From assembly GCA_041577335.1 (NCBI GenBank), contig JBFGJH010000009.1, forward strand, positions 5,177-69,176: 64,000 nucleotides of DNA. The letters run 5' to 3'. The notes beneath the pieces are model-generated. The model had not been told where the DNA came from and ran no database searches. It saw only the letters and a list, made by a program, of their open reading frames with translations. The stretch is from Acidimicrobiia bacterium (GTDB lineage Bacteria; Actinomycetota; Acidimicrobiia; Spongiisociales; JAENVV01). Position 1 is the first letter of the stretch; each line of letters begins with the position of its first letter. Positions 48,547 through 58,223 of this stretch are shown piece after piece. A program made the position numbers and the translations under genes.

Positions 48547-49481
48547 TCCGTGGCGGTAGCCGCCCAGGCGAGCCGGTCCACGCCAAGGCCACTCGTCATG
48601 AGACGCTCCTTGCGGCTCCCCACCAACTGCTGGGTCCAGTCCACGAATCCGCCATCACCCACATCGAAGGCCTTCGTCCCGAAATCGCAAGTGAGGTTGA
48701 ACACCGGACCTTGGTAATACCCCCGACCGGCCTGTCGCTGGGGATCGCGGCGCAGGATCACCCGCTCATCGTGATCGATCCGATCCATTGCATTGGCGAT
48801 GACTCGGTCTTTTGTCCCCTCGGCGAAGTCGGTGAAACTCACCGTGACCCGACGGGCACCGACCGCCAGAACCGCTCCGGAGAGGATTGCGACATGCTCG
48901 CTGAGCGAGTCGATCTCGAACGTGTCATGGCCCACGTCACGGCCCGCCGTGACCAAGCCGAATGCGTCGAAGTGCGCCCACGACAGGGGGCCGTCGAACC
49001 GCTGCGCTCGGGTGATCCGTTGCAGCGAGGCAAGGCGAACCCGCTCCGGCGATTTGGGGTCGTTGGCGAGAACTGCCCGTCGCCTGACGGCCGCTTCCAG
49101 CGCCAAGCCGGCGGTCGGGTCTCCGGCGACCTCGGTGTTCCTGGCAGTAGCAACGAGGCGATCCTGGTGGACCGCGGCCAGCGTGGCATGAGTACCGAAC
49201 GGCACCAATGGTGCCAGCACCAGCGTGGAGAACGACGACGGCAGCGCTGCCAGAATGGCGGCCTCCACCCGGTTTCGTTCCGCCAGATCCATGACTGCCG
49301 GCCGCACGAAACGGTCCGACCGATAGCTGCGCACGACGGTGGCAGGGTTGACTTTGCGTGCTCGTTGGCGGGAAACCTCCATGAGCAATGTCGTGTAGTC
49401 GGCGCCGCTCATGTCGGTGAGAGCGCCGATCGTGCCGTCGGGAACGAGGGCCGTGATGCGTTCGAGCGGTGAACGAGGCAT
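48543..49481 (-). CDS. Hypothetical protein with class II aminoacyl-tRNA-synthetase-like catalytic motifs
   Basis: QRITRAQ...AHF (motif 2-like), GYYQG..F, DGG..DW, SGLGVDRL (motif 3-like); 312 aa. Confidence 0.6.
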   Translation of the reverse strand: MPRSPLERITALVPDGTIGALTDMSGADYTTLLMEVSRQRARKVNPATVVRSYRSDRFVRPAVMDLAERNRVEAAILAALPSSFSTLVLAPLVPFGTHATLAAVHQDRLVATARNTEVAGDPTAGLALEAAVRRRAVLANDPKSPERVRLASLQRITRAQRFDGPLSWAHFDAFGLVTAGRDVGHDTFEIDSLSEHVAILSGAVLAVGARRVTVSFTDFAEGTKDRVIANAMDRIDHDERVILRRDPQRQAGRGYYQGPVFNLTCDFGTKAFDVGDGGFVDWTQQLVGSRKERLMTSGLGVDRLAWAATATD

Positions 49482-49633
49482 GGTGAACCGTACCTGGGCC
49501 CGAGCCGCCGACCGCGATGTTTTGCCGCTCCGCGAGTTCCGGGTGGGCCTCGCGACTCAAATCGCGCGGAGAGCGCTAAATTGCGCGCGGAGTGATTGGT
49601 GGGTGCGCCGGGGCGGTGTAAGGTGCTTCTCAC

Positions 49634-51919
49634 ATGCCAACTCGGACACCCACCCGCCGAGGGGCTACCGGACGGAAGCGGGTGTCCTCGAAGACCAAGA
49701 AAACGGCTCCGCCCTCCTCGCTGGCTCGGGCACGCCATTGGGTACGCACCCGTTTCGGCGATCAAGCCGACGACATCTGGGGCGTCGCCATCCTCGTCGT
49801 GGCTGCCATCGTCGGATTGGCGTATATGCGAGAGGCCGGTCCGGTCGGCGAAGGCCTCGTCTCGGTTGTCGAAGTTCTCTTCGGCTTGTGGGGCTACTTC
49901 ATCCCCTTCGCTCTGGCAATCATTGGCGCAGCGCTCATGGTTGCCAAGCCTCGCCACGACTACGGGCGCATGGCGATCGGGCTTCTCATCGTCTTCATCG
50001 GGTCGTTGTCCCTGTTTCACCTCCTCACCGGCGCCGTGCAGCTCCACGACTCACTCGACTTGGTTCGCGATCGGGGTGGCGCGGTCGGCTCGCTGATCTC
50101 GTTCCCGTTGAAGCGGATCATCGGCTTCTGGGGTGCGTTCATCGTGTTGGCGGCGGTGACATCGGTCGGCGTCCTCATCGCTACCCACACCACCGTTCGT
50201 GAGCTCGTGTTGGGAATAGCCGACATCGGTCGCAAGGTGCGTCACCTGGTCACGTCGTTCGACTTCCGTCACCCCGAGGGTGTGACCATCGAACGGCCGG
50301 TCATCGGCACGACCCGGCCGCAGCGCACCCCGACCCAGGGCCAGAAACCCAAGGCCGCTCAGCCCGCCGAGTCCAAGAAGCGGCCCGACCCGAAGAAGTC
50401 CGGAGCCGAAGAGAGCCCGATGCAGCCCGACGATGTGCCTATGGCGATCGTGACCAACGACACGACCTATACCAAACCGCCTCTGAAGCTGTTGGGGCTG
50501 GGTCGGGGTGAGTCGCAGAACCGGCGCTCCCTCGAAGAGACCGCCCAAGACCTGGAAGAGACCCTTCACGAGCATGGCGTCGACGCCCGGTTGACCAAGA
50601 TCGTGCCGGGACCGACAGTCACCCGATACGAGATCGAGCTCGCCTCGGGTGTCAAGGTTTCGCGAGTCACCAACCTCTCCAACGACATCGCTTACGCGTT
50701 GGCCACGCCCGACGTGCGGCTTCTCGCTCCCATTCCCGGCAAGTCGGCGATCGGCGTCGAGGTCCCGAACCGCAAGCGTCGTATCGTGACGTTGGGTGAC
50801 ATCCTCAGCTCAGACCGGGCGGTTGCGGAACAACATCCACTCACTGTCGGGGTTGGCATGGACATCAACGGTCAAGCCGTCATGCTGAACCTTTCCGAGC
50901 TTCCCCACGTGCTGATTGCGGGAGCTACCGGGGCGGGCAAATCGTCGTGCATCAACTCGGTGGTGACGTCGCTGCTCGTGAGGAGCCATCCCGACGACGT
51001 GAGACTGATCATGGTCGACCCCAAGCGCGTCGAGTTGGGCCAGTACAACGGCGTGCCGCATCTCCTCACGCGGGTCATCACCAACCCCAAGAAGGCGGCC
51101 GATTCTCTGAAATGGGCGGTCGACGAGATGGACCGGCGCTACGACCTGCTGGCCGACGCCGGAGTGCGAGACATCACCGGCTATCGCGAAAAACTCGACG
51201 CAGGCGGTCTCGACGAAGACGGATTCGACCGATTCCCCTATCTGGTGATCATCATCGACGAGCTCAACGACTTGATGATGGTCGCGGGAAGAGAAGTGGA
51301 AGCCTCGATTGTCCGTATCGCCCAGATGGCGAGGGCGGTCGGGATTCACCTGGTGATCGCCACCCAGCGCCCCTCGGTCAACGTCATCACTGGAGTCATA
51401 AAGGCCAATGTGCCCAGCCGGATGGCCTTTTCGGTTGCCTCGCAGACAGACTCACGAGTCATCATCGATGAGATCGGAGCGGAGAAGCTCGTCGGCATGG
51501 GCGACATGCTCGTGGTCACCGCCACCGAACCGAAGGCTCGACGGATCCAGGGAGCATGGGTTGAGGAGAACGAGATTCATGCCGTCGTCGACTGGGTGAA
51601 GAAGCAGCGCGAGGCTCGGTACCACGACAAGGTCATCGAGGCATCGGTCCAGAAGGCGCGCGAAGCCGAAGCCGACGTCGACGACGAAGATGCCGAGCTG
51701 CTTCGCCAGGCCACCGACCTCGTTGTGCGGTCGGGCTTGGGATCGACGTCCATGCTTCAGCGCAAGCTCCGAGTGGGGTTCGCCCGAGCGGGCCGCATCA
51801 TGGATGTGCTCGAGCAGCGCGGCGTCGTTGGGCCGTCGCTGGGATCCAAGGCCCGCGACGTGCTTCTGACGGTCGAGGATCTCGAAGCCGAAGCCGGCAC
51901 AGAACCGGTTGACGTCTGA
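49634..51919 (+). CDS. ftsK: DNA translocase FtsK
   Basis: N-terminal TMs, GPTVTRYE, PHVLIAGATGAGKS, IIDE, ATQRPS, gamma domain STSMLQRKLRVGFARAGR. Confidence 0.96.
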   Translation: MPTRTPTRRGATGRKRVSSKTKKTAPPSSLARARHWVRTRFGDQADDIWGVAILVVAAIVGLAYMREAGPVGEGLVSVVEVLFGLWGYFIPFALAIIGAALMVAKPRHDYGRMAIGLLIVFIGSLSLFHLLTGAVQLHDSLDLVRDRGGAVGSLISFPLKRIIGFWGAFIVLAAVTSVGVLIATHTTVRELVLGIADIGRKVRHLVTSFDFRHPEGVTIERPVIGTTRPQRTPTQGQKPKAAQPAESKKRPDPKKSGAEESPMQPDDVPMAIVTNDTTYTKPPLKLLGLGRGESQNRRSLEETAQDLEETLHEHGVDARLTKIVPGPTVTRYEIELASGVKVSRVTNLSNDIAYALATPDVRLLAPIPGKSAIGVEVPNRKRRIVTLGDILSSDRAVAEQHPLTVGVGMDINGQAVMLNLSELPHVLIAGATGAGKSSCINSVVTSLLVRSHPDDVRLIMVDPKRVELGQYNGVPHLLTRVITNPKKAADSLKWAVDEMDRRYDLLADAGVRDITGYREKLDAGGLDEDGFDRFPYLVIIIDELNDLMMVAGREVEASIVRIAQMARAVGIHLVIATQRPSVNVITGVIKANVPSRMAFSVASQTDSRVIIDEIGAEKLVGMGDMLVVTATEPKARRIQGAWVEENEIHAVVDWVKKQREARYHDKVIEASVQKAREAEADVDDEDAELLRQATDLVVRSGLGSTSMLQRKLRVGFARAGRIMDVLEQRGVVGPSLGSKARDVLLTVEDLEAEAGTEPVDV

Positions 51920-51950
51920 CCAAGTTCGGGGGGCGATTAGTGTCGCCCCG

Positions 51951-52964
51951 ATGCGACAGATCTTGGCGCCCTCCGGCGAGCTCTTGACCGAGCCGCCATG
52001 CGACATTGAGACCACCAAACGCCTGTACTGGGCGATGGTCGAATCACGGACGTACGACCGCAAATGCACTGCGCTGCAAAAGCAGGGCCGCCTCGCCACG
52101 TATGCGCCGCTCCTTGGGCAAGAGGCAGCCCAGGTCGGGAGCGCGGCGGCACTCCGCTCCGATGACTGGATGGTGGCCACCTATCGAGACGCCGCAGCCA
52201 TGTGGATGCAGGGCTACGGATGGGACCTGCTGATTCTCGGCCGAACCGGAGACGAGCGGGGCGGCTCGCCCCGCTCGACGGTGAACGTTTTGCCGCCGTC
52301 GATCACCGTGGGCGCCCATATGATTCACGCCGTCGGGCTCTCGTGGGCCGAACAACGGAAAGGCTCCGACCGGATCGCCATGACTTATTTCGGAGACGGC
52401 GCAACGTCGGAGGGCGACTTTCACGAGGCAATGAACTTCGCAGCCGTCTACAAGACGGGAACGGTATTCGTCTGCCAGAACAACGGATACGCCATCTCCA
52501 TGCCCCGGTCTGCCCAAACCGCCAGCGAGACCATCGCTGAGAAGGCAGCCGGCTATGGCATGCCCGGTGATCTGGTCGACGGCAACGACGTCATGGCCGT
52601 GTATGCGGCCGCTACTGCGGCGGTGGACCGTGCACGGGCCGGTGAAGGGCCCACCCTCATCGAGGCAGTCACCTACCGCGTCGGCCCGCACACGACCAAC
52701 GACGACCCGCACCGCTATCGCAGCCTCGACGAGGAGCAACGGGCCTTGGCCAATGACCCGCTCGAGCGGGTGCGGTTGTACCTGGCATCCGCCGGGGCGT
52801 GGGACGAGCAGTGGCAGCAGCGGCTCGAAGAGAAATCTGCCGAGTCCCTCGAAGCTGCGGTGGCAGCCGCCGAGAGCCTCGAGCCGCTGACCAAGAAGGA
52901 AGTCATCGAAGGGATGTTTGCGAGCCCGACTCCGGCTCTCCTCGACCAGATGGGGAAGGAGTAA
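51951..52964 (+). CDS. pdhA: 2-oxoacid (pyruvate/branched-chain) dehydrogenase E1 alpha
   Basis: GQEA, TPP motif GDGATSEGDFHE...QNN, YR.GPHTT.DD. Confidence 0.88.
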   Translation: MRQILAPSGELLTEPPCDIETTKRLYWAMVESRTYDRKCTALQKQGRLATYAPLLGQEAAQVGSAAALRSDDWMVATYRDAAAMWMQGYGWDLLILGRTGDERGGSPRSTVNVLPPSITVGAHMIHAVGLSWAEQRKGSDRIAMTYFGDGATSEGDFHEAMNFAAVYKTGTVFVCQNNGYAISMPRSAQTASETIAEKAAGYGMPGDLVDGNDVMAVYAAATAAVDRARAGEGPTLIEAVTYRVGPHTTNDDPHRYRSLDEEQRALANDPLERVRLYLASAGAWDEQWQQRLEEKSAESLEAAVAAAESLEPLTKKEVIEGMFASPTPALLDQMGKE

Positions 52965-53938
52965 TGGCCGTTCACACCATCGCGACGGCCCTCACCGAGG
53001 CCTTGGGCATTGCTCTCGAGGACGAATCAGTGGTGCTCATGGGCGAGGATGTTGGGCGCGCCGGCGGGGTTTTTCGGGTGAGCGATGGCCTGTTGGAGCG
53101 TTTCGGGTCGCATCGGGTGATCGATACACCGGTTGCCGAGTCGGGCATCGTCGGTGCGGCTTTTGGAATGGCGGTCGCCGGGCTGAAACCGATTGCCGAG
53201 ATCCAGTTCATGGGCTTCTCATACCCGGCATACGATCAGATCGTCTCTCACGTGGCTCGGATCCGTAACCGCAGCCGCCACCGATTCACCGCGCCCATGG
53301 TGATTCGAATGCCCTGTGGGGGCGGGTTCGGTGCAGCCGAGCATCACTCCGAATCGACCGAAGCCGTCTATGCCCACATCCCCGGGCTCAAGGTCGTCGT
53401 GCCGGCCACGCCTGCCGACGCCAAAGGGCTGCTCCTCGCGTCGGTCGACGACCCCGACCCGGTGATTTTCCTGGAGCCCATTCGCCTCTATCGGTCGGTG
53501 AAGGAGGAAGTGCCTGGTGGTCGCTACACGACGCCAATCGGCGAAGCTCGTATCGAGCGTGAAGGATCCGACGTCGTGCTGGTTTCATGGGGAGCAATGA
53601 CCAAGGAGACGCGGTCGGCCGCCGAACAGCTGGCGGAAGCCGGCGTCGAATCCACCGTCATCGATTTGCGGACCATCGTTCCGTGGGACTCGCCGACGGT
53701 CATCGAGGCGGCTCGCGCCGTCGGCAGGGTCGTCGTCATCAGCGAGGCGCCCCGTACGGGCGGTTTTGCGGCCGAGGTGTCGGCAACCATCACCGAACAG
53801 GCGCTCTATTCGCTCGAGGCACCGGTGGAACGTGTTGCCGGCCTCGACACGGTCTTTCCGCTCAAACGATCCGAATCCCATTTCCTGCCGTCGGTCGATC
53901 AGATCGTGGCGGCTGCAATGCGTACCCTGGAGGCGTAA
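52964..53938 (+). CDS. pdhB: 2-oxoacid dehydrogenase E1 beta
   Basis: GEDVG..GGVFR, DTPVAE, AEIQF, EHHSES, DPVIFLEP. Confidence 0.88.
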   Translation: MAVHTIATALTEALGIALEDESVVLMGEDVGRAGGVFRVSDGLLERFGSHRVIDTPVAESGIVGAAFGMAVAGLKPIAEIQFMGFSYPAYDQIVSHVARIRNRSRHRFTAPMVIRMPCGGGFGAAEHHSESTEAVYAHIPGLKVVVPATPADAKGLLLASVDDPDPVIFLEPIRLYRSVKEEVPGGRYTTPIGEARIEREGSDVVLVSWGAMTKETRSAAEQLAEAGVESTVIDLRTIVPWDSPTVIEAARAVGRVVVISEAPRTGGFAAEVSATITEQALYSLEAPVERVAGLDTVFPLKRSESHFLPSVDQIVAAAMRTLEA

Positions 53939-55164
53939 TGGCGTTTGAGTTCAAGCTCCCCGACATTGGTGAAGGCCTCGCAGAAGCCGAGATCGTGCGA
54001 TGGCTCGTGGCAGTGGGCGATCAGGTCGGTCAAGACGAGCCACTCGTCGAAGTGGAAACCGACAAGGCAGTCGTCGACATCCCGTCTCCTGTGGCGGGCA
54101 CGGTGCTGCACCACGGCGCCGGCGAGGGAGAAACTTGTGACGTTGGCTCCGTGCTCGCCGTCATCGGCGAGGCCGGCGAGGCCTGGCCGGGCGGGATCGC
54201 CATTCCGCCGGTACCGGCCCCTGCGGTGGCGCAGCCTCCCTTGGTCGGGACGCTCGACGAGGAGGCGACCGAACTGGTTGCCGCTCCCCAGCCCGCTTCG
54301 GTTGGGCATCGTCCGCAAGCATTGCCCCTGGTGAGAAGGCTCGCCCGCGAGCACGCCGTGGACCTGAGCCTCATCGAAGGGAGCGGCCCGGGAGGCCGGA
54401 TCGAGCGTGAGGATGTGCTGGCCGTTGTCGATGGGATCGCCTCGCCCCCGCGACAGACATCGGTGACGCCGCCGGATAACGTCGAGGGCGACCAGCGGGT
54501 GCGCATGACCAAGCTGCGCCGCACGATTGCCGACCGCATGCTCGAATCGTGGACGACGATCCCTCACGTCACCACGTTCGACGAGGTTGACGCCACCCGC
54601 CTCCTCGATACGCGGAAAGCGCTGGCAGGGCGCCATGGTGTCTCGCTGCAGCTCGACGCTCTCGTGATTGCCGCCGTGGCCCCGGTGCTTGGTGAGTTCA
54701 CCGAGTTCAATGCCGTGATCGACGGAGACGAGATCGTTTATCGGGCGTCCCTCAACGTTGGTGTCGCGGTCGACGCTCCTGAGGGGCTCATGGTGCCGAT
54801 CATCAAAGGAGTCGAGCATCGCTCGGTACTCGAGATCGCGTCCGAGATCACGCGCCTCTCCGATGGAGCCATCAACCGGACCCTGGCTCCCGATGACCTG
54901 CGCGGAGGCACTTTCACCGTATCGAACATCGGCGCCGCCGGTGGTGGATACGGCACGCCGATCATTCCTCCGGGCACCTCCGCCATTCTGTCGGTGGGGC
55001 GCGCCCGGACAACCCCTGTGGTTCGCGACGGCGCCATCGTGGCGAGGCCGATGATGCCCATCGCTCTTTCCTACGACCACCGGCTCATCGACGGCGGGCT
55101 CGGACGACGCTTCACGGCCCGGCTGATCGAGAACCTGGAGGAGCCGGCACTGTTCTTGGCCTGA
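53938..55164 (+). CDS. pdhC: Dihydrolipoamide acyltransferase E2
   Basis: Lipoyl domain VETDKA, E3-binding GSGPGGRI..ED, catalytic DHRLIDG. Confidence 0.88.
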   Translation: MAFEFKLPDIGEGLAEAEIVRWLVAVGDQVGQDEPLVEVETDKAVVDIPSPVAGTVLHHGAGEGETCDVGSVLAVIGEAGEAWPGGIAIPPVPAPAVAQPPLVGTLDEEATELVAAPQPASVGHRPQALPLVRRLAREHAVDLSLIEGSGPGGRIEREDVLAVVDGIASPPRQTSVTPPDNVEGDQRVRMTKLRRTIADRMLESWTTIPHVTTFDEVDATRLLDTRKALAGRHGVSLQLDALVIAAVAPVLGEFTEFNAVIDGDEIVYRASLNVGVAVDAPEGLMVPIIKGVEHRSVLEIASEITRLSDGAINRTLAPDDLRGGTFTVSNIGAAGGGYGTPIIPPGTSAILSVGRARTTPVVRDGAIVARPMMPIALSYDHRLIDGGLGRRFTARLIENLEEPALFLA

Positions 55165-55198
55165 GCTGGGAGGCGCCGGTGGACGGTCGGCTCGTGCC

Positions 55199-56653
55199 TC
55201 AGACGGAGTAACTCGTCGATGAGACGTCGCCGCCCGTGCCGGTCCAATTCGTGTGGAAATACTCGCCTCGTGGGGCGTCGACTCGTTCGTAGGTGTGTGC
55301 CCCGAAGTAGTCACGCTGTGCTTGGATGAGATTGGCGGGGAGCCGTTCGGATCGATAGGCGTCGAAGAAGGAAAGCGCCGCGCCATATGCCGGGGTCGGT
55401 ATGCCTGCGGCCACTGCTCGGGACACCGTTCGCCGCCAGCCGGCCTGTGCCTGGTCGACTTCTTCCGTGAAGAACGGGTTGAGCAGGAGACTCCGCAATT
55501 CGGGACGTTCGGTGTATGCGTTCATGATGTCGCTCAGGAATCGTGAGCGGATGATGCACCCGCCACGCCACATCGACGCGATCGAGGCGAAGTCGAGCGA
55601 CCAGTTATGTTCTTCGTCCGCGGCGTCGAGCAGCATGAAGCCCTGGGCGTAGGAGACGATCTTGGACCCGTAGAGCGCATCGTGGAGGTCGCCGAGCAGG
55701 GCATCCCGATCGCCGTCGATCCTCGGATCTGGCCCCCTGAGGACACCCGACGCTTCCACCCGCTGCTGTTTCAGCGCTGAGACGACTCGCCCGTAGACGG
55801 CTTCGGCAACCAGGGAGACCGGCTGGCCCAGCTCCATCGAGGAAATGACAGTCCATTTGCCGGTTCCCTTTTGGCCGGCTGCGTCGAGGATCTTGGTGAG
55901 GAGGGGCTCGCCGTCATCGTCGGAGTGGCGCATGATGTCGGCGGTTATCTCGATGAGATATGAGTCGAGCTTGCCCTGGTTCCATTCGGCGAATACCTCG
56001 CCGATCTCCGCATGATTCATCGCTAGCCCACGTCGCATGAGGTCATAAGCCTCGGCGATCACCTGCATGTCGCCGTACTCGATTCCGTTGTGGACCATCT
56101 TGACGTAGTGGCCGGCGCCGCCGGGGCCTACCCAGTCACAGCACGGGACGTCGTCTACCGAAGCGGCGATCGACTGGAAAATGTCGCGAATGTGTGGCCA
56201 CGCCTCGGGAGTACCCCCCGGCATGATCGAGGGGCCGAGGCGTGCGCCCTCCTCGCCGCCCGACACACCCGAGCCGACGTACCGGAGGCCTGCCGCTTCC
56301 ACCAGCTTTGCCCGGCGTGCGGTGTCGGTGAAGAGGGAGTTTCCCCCGTCGATGATGACGTCTCCTTCGTCGAGCAGCGGCACCAGCGTCTCGATGGCGG
56401 CGTCGATCGGCTCGCCGGCCTTGATCATGAGCATCACGCGGCGGGGGCGCTTGAGCTCACCGACGAGTTCCTCGAGCGAATGGGCTCCGATGACGTTGGA
56501 ACCGGCGGCGTCCCCTTGCAGAAACTCGTCCACGCGCGCCGTCGTTCGGTTGTAGGCAGCCACCGTGAACCCATGGTCATTCATGTTCATGATGAGGTTG
56601 CGGCCCATCACGGCGAGGCCGACGACTCCGATGTCGGCAGAAGGTTCGGTCAT
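55199..56653 (-). CDS. gnd: 6-phosphogluconate dehydrogenase, decarboxylating
   Basis: GLAVMG, SGGEEGA, KMVHNGIEYGDM, QKGTGKW, QAQRDYFGAHTY. Confidence 0.97.
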   Translation of the reverse strand: MTEPSADIGVVGLAVMGRNLIMNMNDHGFTVAAYNRTTARVDEFLQGDAAGSNVIGAHSLEELVGELKRPRRVMLMIKAGEPIDAAIETLVPLLDEGDVIIDGGNSLFTDTARRAKLVEAAGLRYVGSGVSGGEEGARLGPSIMPGGTPEAWPHIRDIFQSIAASVDDVPCCDWVGPGGAGHYVKMVHNGIEYGDMQVIAEAYDLMRRGLAMNHAEIGEVFAEWNQGKLDSYLIEITADIMRHSDDDGEPLLTKILDAAGQKGTGKWTVISSMELGQPVSLVAEAVYGRVVSALKQQRVEASGVLRGPDPRIDGDRDALLGDLHDALYGSKIVSYAQGFMLLDAADEEHNWSLDFASIASMWRGGCIIRSRFLSDIMNAYTERPELRSLLLNPFFTEEVDQAQAGWRRTVSRAVAAGIPTPAYGAALSFFDAYRSERLPANLIQAQRDYFGAHTYERVDAPRGEYFHTNWTGTGGDVSSTSYSV

Positions 56654-56773
56654 GTCACTCCAACGGGCGGGGAGAGAAGGGTACCTGCAGGGTGAGCCGT
56701 GATCGACTCAGGGTCGCGGCGGCTCGTATTCCTGGAGGGTCGCCAACTGGCCCAGCTCGCTAGGGTCGCAGGC

Positions 56774-57745
56774 ATGAAAGCTGCGCTATGCAAAGAGTTG
56801 GGGCCGCCCGAGGAGCTCTCCATCGAAGAGGTACCAGATCCCGCCGCCGGCCCCGGGCAGGTCGTCATCACGATCGAGGCTGCCGGAGTGAACTTTCCCG
56901 ACGCACTCATCATCGAAGGGAAGTACCAGTTCCAGCCCCCGCTTCCGTTCTCACCCGGGGGGGAAGTCGCCGGCACCGTCACCGCCTTGGGGGAGGGCGT
57001 TGACAACGTGGCGTTGGGTGACCGCGTCATCGCGTTTCCTGGTTGGGGCGGCTTCGCCGAGAAGGCGGCGGTGGATGCGACTGCGCTGGTGCCCATCCCC
57101 GAGGACATGCCCAGCGACGTGGCAGCGGCGTTCGTGATGGTCTACGGAACGTCGTATCACGCCCTCAAGGATCGAGCCGATGCCGAGCCAGGCGAATCGT
57201 TGCTCGTGCTGGGCGCCGCCGGCGGGGTGGGACTGGCGGCCGTGGAGCTGGGAATGGCGATGGGTCTGCGGGTCATCGCGGCTGCGTCGACCGAGGAGAA
57301 GCTGGCGGTATGTCGTGACCATGGCGCCGACATGACGATCAACTACAGCACCGAGAACCTGAAGGACAGAGCCAAAGAACTGTCGGGCGGCGGCGTCGAC
57401 GTTACCTTCGACCCGGTGGGTGGCGACTACTCCGAAGCGGCGCTGCGGGCGACAGCCTGGGGTGGCCGCCATCTCGTGGTCGGGTTTGCCGCGGGGCCGA
57501 TTCCCAAGATCCCGCTGAACCTCACCCTGCTGAAGGGATGTGACATCCGGGGCGTCTTCTGGGGCAGCTTCGCAGCCCGCGATCCGCAAGCGAACAGCCG
57601 CAACCTCGACGAACTCGTCGCAATGTACCAGCACGGAACGATCACGCCCCGTATCTCCGCCCGCTATCCGCTGGAGCAGGCAGGGGCGGCGATCCGCCAC
57701 CTCATGGACCGCAAAGCAATCGGGAAGGTCATCGTCGAGATGTAG
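56774..57745 (+). CDS. NADPH:quinone oxidoreductase-family (MDR) protein
   Basis: GVNFPD, PPLPFSPGGE.AG, GAAGGVG, DPVGG, GKVIV. Confidence 0.88.
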   Translation: MKAALCKELGPPEELSIEEVPDPAAGPGQVVITIEAAGVNFPDALIIEGKYQFQPPLPFSPGGEVAGTVTALGEGVDNVALGDRVIAFPGWGGFAEKAAVDATALVPIPEDMPSDVAAAFVMVYGTSYHALKDRADAEPGESLLVLGAAGGVGLAAVELGMAMGLRVIAAASTEEKLAVCRDHGADMTINYSTENLKDRAKELSGGGVDVTFDPVGGDYSEAALRATAWGGRHLVVGFAAGPIPKIPLNLTLLKGCDIRGVFWGSFAARDPQANSRNLDELVAMYQHGTITPRISARYPLEQAGAAIRHLMDRKAIGKVIVEM

Positions 57746-57785
57746 GCGGGGGCGCCGGTCGGGCGTGTGACCGGGCCTTCGGTGG

Positions 57786-58079
57786 CTAGCCGTTGAAGAG
57801 GTGCTGAGTGACTTCCTGGAGAACGACCTCTGGTGCAGACGTCATGAACTCGGCGAAGCCACCGAGAAGCTCCTGTGCCACGGCGGCCGCGGCTTCGGCG
57901 CTTTCCTTCGAGTCATAGACCGCAACCGCATAGCCGGCACCGGATTCCCGGTCGCCGGTCGTGACCCACATGGTCAGACCAGGCAGTGCACCCACCCGGT
58001 CGGCAATCCCAGCCAGCCTGGCCTCGGCCTCGGCATAGCGACTCGGGTCCATCGTCATGCGGGTTATTCGGGCGTACAT
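57786..58079 (-). CDS. Small dimeric alpha-beta-barrel (ABM-like) protein
   Basis: MYARIT...PG.......DRE.G....VYDS.E.A pattern; RBS GGAGGAGG. Confidence 0.6.
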   Translation of the reverse strand: MYARITRMTMDPSRYAEAEARLAGIADRVGALPGLTMWVTTGDRESGAGYAVAVYDSKESAEAAAAVAQELLGGFAEFMTSAPEVVLQEVTQHLFNG

Positions 58080-58223
58080 GCGGTCCTCCTCCATCGACAC
58101 TCCGCTGCTGACAGGGTACTCCGACGAAGCTCGAGCATCTCGAGCAGGCGGTCCCCATTCTTCCGACAACGCCGCTGCCACGCATTCTCCATTTAGGCTT
58201 GGCGCCATGTCGAGGTTGCACGG

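Noticed and set aside
53899-55386. Long antisense and alternate-frame ORFs (e.g. 495, 414, 409, 406 aa)
   Set aside because: R/P/G-rich shadows of real genes, expected in high-GC DNA; no motifs.
56774-57745. AcuI acryloyl-CoA reductase next to dddP
   Set aside because: The motifs (PPLPFSPGGE, YHALKDRA, VGFAAG.IP) look like generic quinone-oxidoreductase-type MDR rather than YhdH/AcuI; cannot be assigned without phylogeny.
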